Origin: Octopus vulgaris
Lineage: Eukaryota
Assembly (NCBI GenBank): GCA_951406725.2
Contig: OX597825.1
Span: 32,736,001-32,800,000 of the forward strand
Reading direction: 5' to 3'
Length of the DNA: 64,000 bases
Part shown: positions 56,246 to 64,000 of the stretch, one piece after another
Layout: the number at the start of each line of letters is the position of its first letter
How positions within the stretch are numbered: position 1 is the first letter of the stretch
Notes under the pieces: generated by a model
The model's input: only the letters and a program-made list of their open reading frames with translations
What the model was told of the DNA's origin: nothing
Databases searched by the model: none
Translations under genes and position numbers: made by a program

Positions 56246-56587
56246 GTGTGTGCAAGCGCGTGTACATGACTCACGCTTTACAATGGTCCGTCCTTTCAGC
56301 GTCACAAGTCACCTCCAGCATTGTTTGTTGACGACGGCGAAAATATCGATGATAGTGACGGCTGTTATTACGGCAGACACAAACATACGTGCGCGCGCAC
56401 ACACACACACACACACATACACACAAATAAACACATCCATTCGGATACCGACACACACTCACCGACACACATTCACAACAAACACGCAGACGCATGGAGA
56501 CACGTACAACTCGCAGCTCATAAAACAGAAAAATGTTGACGCATGCCTAAGCGTTTGCGGTTTCATATGATAAACAATATGCACACA

Positions 56588-56641
<54 letters not shown>

Positions 56642-56719
56642 TACACACACACACCACGCACACACACACACACACACACACATAACTATCTCTCCTATCT
56701 CTTTCCCTTTCTCTCTCTA

Positions 56720-56814
<95 letters not shown>

Positions 56815-56897
56815 AGGTCTCGGGTTGAGTCGGAGTTAACCACAGTAAATAAGGTTCTCAATACATAGCAGAGTAAATTAAGTTATTTTATAGGAGG

Positions 56898-56948
56898 AGC
56901 TTCTACAGGACTAGAACTGTTTCATTCAAAAGAAATCATCAGGAAGCT
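56898..56948 (-). ncRNA. Type I hammerhead ribozyme (mirror copy)
   Basis: Exact reverse complement of 56945-56995. Confidence 0.8.
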
Positions 56949-56995
56949 TCCTGATGATTTCTTTTGAATGAAACAGTTCTAGTCCTGTAGAAGCT
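56945..56995 (+). ncRNA. Type I hammerhead ribozyme
   Basis: Stem I agcttc/gaagct; CTGATGA at 56951-56957; stem II t-ttc tttt gaa-t; GAAA; stem III acag..ctgt; GUA triplet at 56987-56989. Confidence 0.8.
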
Positions 56996-57038
56996 CCTTC
57001 TACAAAATAAATAAATATATATATATATATATACATAC

Positions 57039-57134
<96 letters not shown>

Positions 57135-57434
57135 ATATATATATGTATATATATATAAATTTAGGGGATGCAGTGATCCGTTTTATGGTGTTCGGGAGCC
57201 TTTTTTTGAAAGGGTGATTTATACTTAGAGAATTTAATGTTTCTAATTAAATTAATCATATCCGCTTCAGATATTCCGAGATGGCGGGGTATACAATGTA
57301 TTTATGCATGTACTCGTGGATATATCCATGCGTTTGTATATAAACAGGTTTCTTTTTCCTTTACACAATTCAAAATGGTCCCTAAGAAAGTGCCAAAGTT
57401 GGGCGTCTGCACTGGTTGATTGAAGGAACGAATG

Positions 57435-57436
<2 letters not shown>

Positions 57437-57527
<91 letters not shown>

Positions 57528-57535
57528 TATGTGTG

Positions 57536-57630
<95 letters not shown>
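57437..57630. repeat. (GT)n microsatellite, about 190 bp
   Basis: Direct inspection. Confidence 0.97.
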
Positions 57631-57632
<2 letters not shown>

Positions 57633-58128
57633 TCACCTAGGACCCTAAAGAAAGGAGAATCTCTGAAAGAATTTACTAATCCTCATTGTTCCTCTGATCG
57701 ATTGTATCTGGAGAATGTGAGTTGTAGGCTTAGCATCATTACTCCGTAAATGTTCTCCTTTTCTCCAAGTTCTGCAGAGACATTCATATCCGCTGAGTAA
57801 CGGTGTACCAGATTACACACTCGCCCACTTACACACACACACACACACACAGACGCACACACACACACACACACACACACTTACTCTCTCTCCCTCTCCC
57901 CCGCTCTCCCCCTCTCTCTGGCCTACTGTGCTTCCACACGAGTGTTCTTTTTGTCGAAATGCTCAAGTAGTATTCTTTATTTTCAAAGGATGGAGATATT
58001 TTTGTGGTTCAGGTGTTCTTTTGGTACGTCTCAATACAATCGTCCTTTGCGTAGTGTACTTCAGCACAACTCCATAATCTCATGCTGCTCTGCAATCACT
58101 TCGCGACACCTGACGCTCGATAAAATGT

Positions 58129-58185
<57 letters not shown>

Positions 58186-58371
58186 TTGTTTCAGTCATTT
58201 GACTGTGACCATGCTGGAGCACCGCCTTTAGTCGAGCAAATCCACCCCAGGACTTATTCTTTGTAAGCCTAGTACTTATTCCATCGGTCTATTTTGCCGA
58301 ACTGCTAGGTTACGGGGACATAAACACACCAGCATCGGTTGTCAAACGATGTCGGGGGGACAAACACAGAG

Positions 58372-58560
58372 CCGTACCACTGATATCATGCATAAAGTAC
58401 ATCCTGTTGCATGGTCGGCCTCTCGGCAACTAACCCCTTCGTCCAACAATGCGTTTGCCTGGTGAGGAGGGTGGCTTTCGTCGGATACCCTACAGGACGA
58501 AGAATAAAACCTTCTAAAACCGAATGAACCCAGATGAGTCGACAACCATCCAACAGTTTA
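58372..58560 (+). mobile_element. Possible RTE-type LINE 5' UTR fragment abutting a SINE A
   Basis: ggtcggcctctcggcaactaa..tgcctggtgaggagggtggc..cggataccctac resembles RTE 5' regions (from memory only). Confidence 0.3.
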
Positions 58561-58693
58561 AACATTTTTCTAAGTAGGGAGAGAGAGAGTAAAAGAGCAG
58601 GGGACATAACTATATTTTATACACATGTATTTATGTGTGTGCGTGTATACAAATACATACATACATACATACATACATACATACATACATACA

Positions 58694-58783
<90 letters not shown>

Positions 58784-58939
58784 ATGTAGGATAAAATATC
58801 TTCGAAAAAAAAATTTATCAATGGCCAGCATATTAAAAAATACCTTTAAAGGTTAAAATTTTAAACAACTTATAAATAAGGGCAAACGAAAAAATTTCTA
58901 ATGCCAAATATATATATGTTAAGAAATATGTACTTACAT

Positions 58940-59835
58940 ACAAGACCAAAAAGGGTACGGGCGTCGCTATATATATTATATGTAGAAAAATACAAACTGG
59001 GACAAGAACGTAAAACATTTAGAAGACGATATAAAAAACACGGACGAGACATTCGAAGCCTTCTTGTTCCAGTTTGTATTTTTCTTCATATAATATATAT
59101 ATATATATATATATATTATATAGGGACCAAAAGTGTACATACGCCGCTATATGTATATATAAAAGCAACCAATAAATGGAACAAGAACGTAACAGGTGAC
59201 AACAAAACATCGGACAGTTAGACGATACAAAAAAGGACAGGAAAAAACAAAAGGACGGGTCATTCTGAGCTTTGTATCGTCAGTGACTTCCAGATCGTCG
59301 TTGCAGTTTCGGCCGTTTACACTCGACACTGCTCCAATCTGGCCGGTCCCAAGAAAATCTAAACTGAAAGCACAAGATTCTTTGGAAGAAAGCAAGTGAA
59401 TGTATACAAAAGCAAGTACGAAGAAGCAGAGAAATGGTACACAATTACAAATACAAACAACAGGTGTCATTCAACAAAGGGCGAATTAAATTAAGCTGGC
59501 GTGTGTGGAACATAAGAGGTGAAAGTCATGGGAAGGAATATAAGAGATGCTACACGGATGGTAGTTGAACGAAGAAAGAAAGGTCAGGCTTAGCGGAACA
59601 CCGGTCACGTAGAAAGAGAAGAGAGAGGTAGGGGCAGAGGGATTGAGGAATTAGGGAGGGACGGGAAGGAGAGAAAAAGAAAGGAAACGGACAGGGTGAG
59701 GTAAAGGAGGAGAGTAAGTGATGGGAATGAAGGGAAGGCCAAGGAATGTAAGAGAGGGGGAGCAAGAAGAAGAAAATGGAAAGAACGGAGAAAGTGTGAG
59801 GGGGGGTTAAAAGAAACAGTAAAAGAGTCATACAC

Positions 59836-59888
<53 letters not shown>

Positions 59889-59989
59889 CATACTGGAAAC
59901 CAAAAGTATACGTACGCCGCTATATGTATATATAAAATAACGAACAAAAAATGGAACAAGAAGGTAACAGGGGATAACAAAATATCCGG

Positions 59990-59990
<1 letters not shown>
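58940..59990. mobile_element. Penelope-like terminal repeat cluster with direct and inverted pieces
   Basis: Direct repeat 59125-59215 vs 59897-59990; inverted repeat 58971-59008 vs 59061-59098; junctions at (TA)n. Confidence 0.5.
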
Positions 59991-60060
<70 letters not shown>

Positions 60061-60213
60061 TATGTATGTATGTGTGTATGTATGTATGTATGTATGTATG
60101 TATGTATGTATGTATGTATGTATTTATTTATATTCCTGAGCGCCATACTAATACAATTGTTTGTTTGTACTCCACCTGCCTTCGTCTTTTGTCTATTTTC
60201 ATAAAGCTTCCCG

Positions 60214-60268
<55 letters not shown>

Positions 60269-60323
60269 CACATACATACATATATATACACTTTATTTAA
60301 AAGCAGCAGGAATATAACAAAAG

Positions 60324-60361
60324 CTGTTACTCAGAGTTTCACGTTCCCGTTCGTTGGACAG
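60324..60361 (-). ncRNA. Degenerate minimal hammerhead
   Basis: ctgt-CCAACGA-acg ggaa cgt-GAAActc t gaGTA-acag; all three stems intact, two core substitutions. Confidence 0.55.
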
Positions 60362-60786
60362 ATTTTATTAAAATGGAACAGAAATAAAGCATATTACTCT
60401 ACCTCTAGTATTTGAGTACGCTTTTTTACCACCTTGTTTCACATTTATGTGCTTACTCCGGTGCATATATATATTTGTTATATATATATATATATATATA
60501 TAATTAATTAATAAGGGTGAGAGAATTAGATACTAATTTAATAGTATATTTATTCCACACCAAGTGGCCTAGTGCTACGAGAAACCTGGATTATTATAAT
60601 ATTTTATAACATATTATAATATTTTCACAAAATAAATATAAGAGAGTGGTCACTATATTGATCACCCTAGCACCAGTTAATCCAAAAGGTTTCAACCACG
60701 AAAAATACATGTTTCCCATGAAAGCCAGTACGACTGTTAGCTCACACGGACAGGGCAAATAAAAAATAACAAAAATACAGATTATT

Positions 60787-60862
60787 TTGGGACAATTGTT
60801 TCGCTATTAATGAATTAAATGTAATATTACTTACAATAATCCATTTGTAGCTCTTCAGCCAA
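60787..60862 (-). ncRNA. Intact type I hammerhead ribozyme with extended stem II
   Basis: ttgg-CTGAAGA-gcta...tagc-GAAAC-aatt-GTC-ccaa; palindromic stem III acaattgt; GUC triplet. Confidence 0.85.
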
Positions 60863-61147
60863 GACTATCTGGATGAAATCCACTCAATCACACGCCAGAT
60901 TTTACCATAACGATAAATACGCGTATTTGCTAAATGCTGTATTTGTTTTCCGTGAGAGTTTGGCGCGCTGTTGGTTGGGGCATTTGAATTATAACGTCCG
61001 ATGTAATCAATTGAACCGCACGCGTATTTATCGTCTCTTTTTGCTGAACCGCTAAACTATGGTGACGTAAAAACACAAACACCGGTTGTCAAGTGGCAGG
61101 GAGAGTAAACACAGACAGAGAGACACACACTCACATACACAGACATG

Positions 61148-61224
<77 letters not shown>

Positions 61225-61391
61225 ATATACATACACACACGTGCGCACACACGCACGCACGACGGGCTTCTTCCATTCATAAGGTTTTGGTAGGCCCGAT
61301 ACTCTATTAGAGCACTTGCTACTTGCTACACACATAGTGGAACTGAATCTGGAGCCATATAGCTGGATAGCAAACTTACCACGTAGCCACT

Positions 61392-61428
<37 letters not shown>

Positions 61429-61436
61429 CTCTGAGC

Positions 61437-61510
<74 letters not shown>

Positions 61511-62190
61511 GTATATATATATACATACATACATGCATACATACATACATACATACATACATACCTGCATACATACATACCTGCATATATCTATTTCCAT
61601 CGCTTCCGATGATCGATCCAACACATCGTTAACACAGTGACTAACTGCCATCGCGCAATGATTAACATCTCCCGCCTCTCCTTGACCAGGTTCCCTCCGC
61701 CACCAAACTCACCCCACCACCACCGCCCTCACCATCTACCTGCATAAATTTAATCTGTCCAGCAACGAGTATCAGAGGCTAAGTAGTCGTCCGCTGAACG
61801 GTCACCTGAAATTTATGCTGTATTCAGAGCAAGGAACAAAATATTTTTTAATTATAGAACACATCACATGGAGCAACTTGTAGACAAGAGGGAAGAGGGA
61901 AAATGAAGCAGGCTCAATGTGGTTGCACATCGTGTTAGAAATAGCAGCCAGTTTTCTTTGTATTTGTTCTGTACGGTGTTAAAACTTTGCACTACGGAAA
62001 TTAGATACAGCCATTAAATATTTCATTAGCATTAATTGCGGAAATTTAGATTACTGAGGATTGTCGTGTTTGAAACGACTTTTTTTTTTTGAGATATGTT
62101 AAGAATTTGAGGCAACAACTTGCAGAAAATACCAGTTCTGTTTTTCTTTTCTTTTTTTTTTTTTTTTTTGTAGATATTCAACATCATTAT

Positions 62191-62410
62191 GGAGGCGCGT
62201 GGCTAAGTGGTTAAGAATATTGGTCTCGTGATCATAAGATGGTGGTTTCGATTTATGGAGTCCTTGTACAAAAACACTCTCATTTCACGTTGCTCCAGTT
62301 CACTCAGCTGGCAAAAATGAGTTAATCCTGCGATGGACCAGCGTCCTATCCAGGTGAGGAATATATACACCACAGGATCCGGAAATCCGGTCCTTATGAG
62401 CCCAAATATC
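62191..62410 (+). mobile_element. SINE type D
   Basis: ggaggcgcgtggctaagtggttaag head; homologous to 1674-1892. Confidence 0.75.
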
Positions 62411-62929
62411 GAAAATGGACTTTGAGCGTTTTATTTTTAATTTTTTTTTTACATCATTGCTGTAATAAACATGAAATATAATTTCGCAGAAAAAAGCATT
62501 TACAATACAAATGACACGTGGGGTAAATAAAGTTTTAAAGAGACGGGATGATCACATCTGGAATGCTTTTGATCATATATCTACTTGATGAAAGTTGGCC
62601 GGGAATTAAATATCAACAAAAGCAGCAATAACTGTTCCTCGCATAGGTAGAAGGTCTGTAGTTTTGAAGGGAGGGGATTACTCAGTTATATCGACCTCAA
62701 TATTTCACTGGTACTTTATTTTATCGACCAAATGGGGGCGGGGAATAAAAACATAAGCAACAATAATAACGATAGGGGTTCCTTTTTATGGACACATGGA
62801 CTGCTAAAAGCAGCAGGAGAATTTACCTCAGGTCACATCTTTTCTGTTGCAAAAAGGGAAAGACATATGAAATATTGTAGTCCTAGATACACTGAAATAA
62901 GACCGTTTTATATATATATATATATATAT

Positions 62930-63154
62930 ATCATCGTGATCACCGTGACCGACCAGGCTATCAGATGTTGCAACACATCGCTGGTCACAATGTGGCGAAA
63001 GAGTACAGCAGGGATCGCCACCACCCCCTGCCAGAGCCTCGTGGAGCTTTAGGTGTTTTAGCTCAATAAACACTCACAACGCCCGGTATGGGAATCGAAA
63101 CCGCGATCCTACAACCGCGAGTCCGCTGCCCTAACCACTGGGTCATTGCGTCTC

Positions 63155-63155
<1 letters not shown>
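62930..63155 (-). mobile_element. SINE type C with a third tail type
   Basis: Head as at 1898, joined to cattgtgaccagcgatgtg..aacatctgat..ctggtcggtcacg, which also occurs at 21200-21260. Confidence 0.8.
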
Positions 63156-63230
<75 letters not shown>

Positions 63231-63238
63231 CATGTATG

Positions 63239-63307
<69 letters not shown>

Positions 63308-63511
63308 TGTATGTATGTATGTATGTATGTACCCCACCACCGCTTGACGACTCGTGATTTAAAAGTTCTACAAAAAATACCCGATGCAATAAGTGTCAGG
63401 CTTAAAAATAAGTACTAGGGTTGATTTGTTCGACTAAAGCATCCTTCGGGGCATTGCCACAGCATGGCCACCGTTCAATGAGTTTTGGGAGTAAAAATTA
63501 AGCGGTAAAAG

Positions 63512-63558
<47 letters not shown>

Positions 63559-64000
63559 CGTTAAATAACACACTCACACCCGTATATGCCCATTCACGCA
63601 CGTACACGCAGAGTGACACACACACACGCACATACACATACACACACACATGCACACACACACACACACACACCATCACGATCACATTCTCACACGCTCA
63701 TACACACTTACAAGTTCATACACACACAGTCGCTATAGCATTCGCTCACACGTATTCACACGGATATACGCACTCACACTCATATATTCACACACACACA
63801 TGCAGATTCACACACATACGCACACAATCAGTATCACATTCACTGTCATATTTACACGCATACGTACACGCACATACATTCACAGACATACATACACACA
63901 CACATACACTCTGTCACTATAACATTCACACACACGCACTCACTATCACAATCACATTTTCACACACACACATTCTTTTCTACTTTAGGCACAAGGCTCG

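Larger units (their letters stand above)
56883..57010. repeat. 128-bp spacerless palindrome
   Basis: Centre aag|ctt at 56946/56947; 62 of 64 positions complementary. Confidence 0.97.

Noticed and set aside
58400-58500. HDV-like ribozyme in the putative RTE 5' fragment
   Set aside because: Could not assemble P1/P2/P3/L3 by eye
59290-59360. Minus-strand ggcc...ggcc-GAAAC hammerhead relic
   Set aside because: Core reads CTTGGGA and there is no NUH with stem I; too decayed to call

Overview
Eukaryotic, AT-rich, largely intronic/intergenic DNA packed with microsatellites ((TA)n, (CA)n, (TTA)n, (TACA)n, (TCTA)n) and SINEs. The repeat repertoire looks like an octopus/coleoid cephalopod genome (inference from family resemblance; no search was run). 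No intact protein-coding gene is recognisable, and nearly all listed ORFs are microsatellite or antisense artefacts. Recognisable elements: at least four tRNA-headed SINE types with swapped tails; decayed L1/Tx1-type LINEs; R4/Dong-type restriction-like-endonuclease LINE 3' ends in or beside (TAA)n arrays; an internally deleted mariner with both TIRs; Helitron-like and Tc2/pogo-like remnants; and a 185-bp higher-order tandem repeat. Two observations stand out. (1) A dispersed set of type I hammerhead ribozyme motifs sits in Penelope-like or retrozyme-like remnants, including a 128-bp palindrome carrying a hammerhead on each strand. (2) A nearly repeat-free island (about 39.7-44.6 kb) holds two long fold-back inverted repeats plus several G:U-rich plus-strand hairpins, a candidate hairpin-RNA, pri-miRNA or RNA-editing locus. 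All folds and alignments were done by eye.
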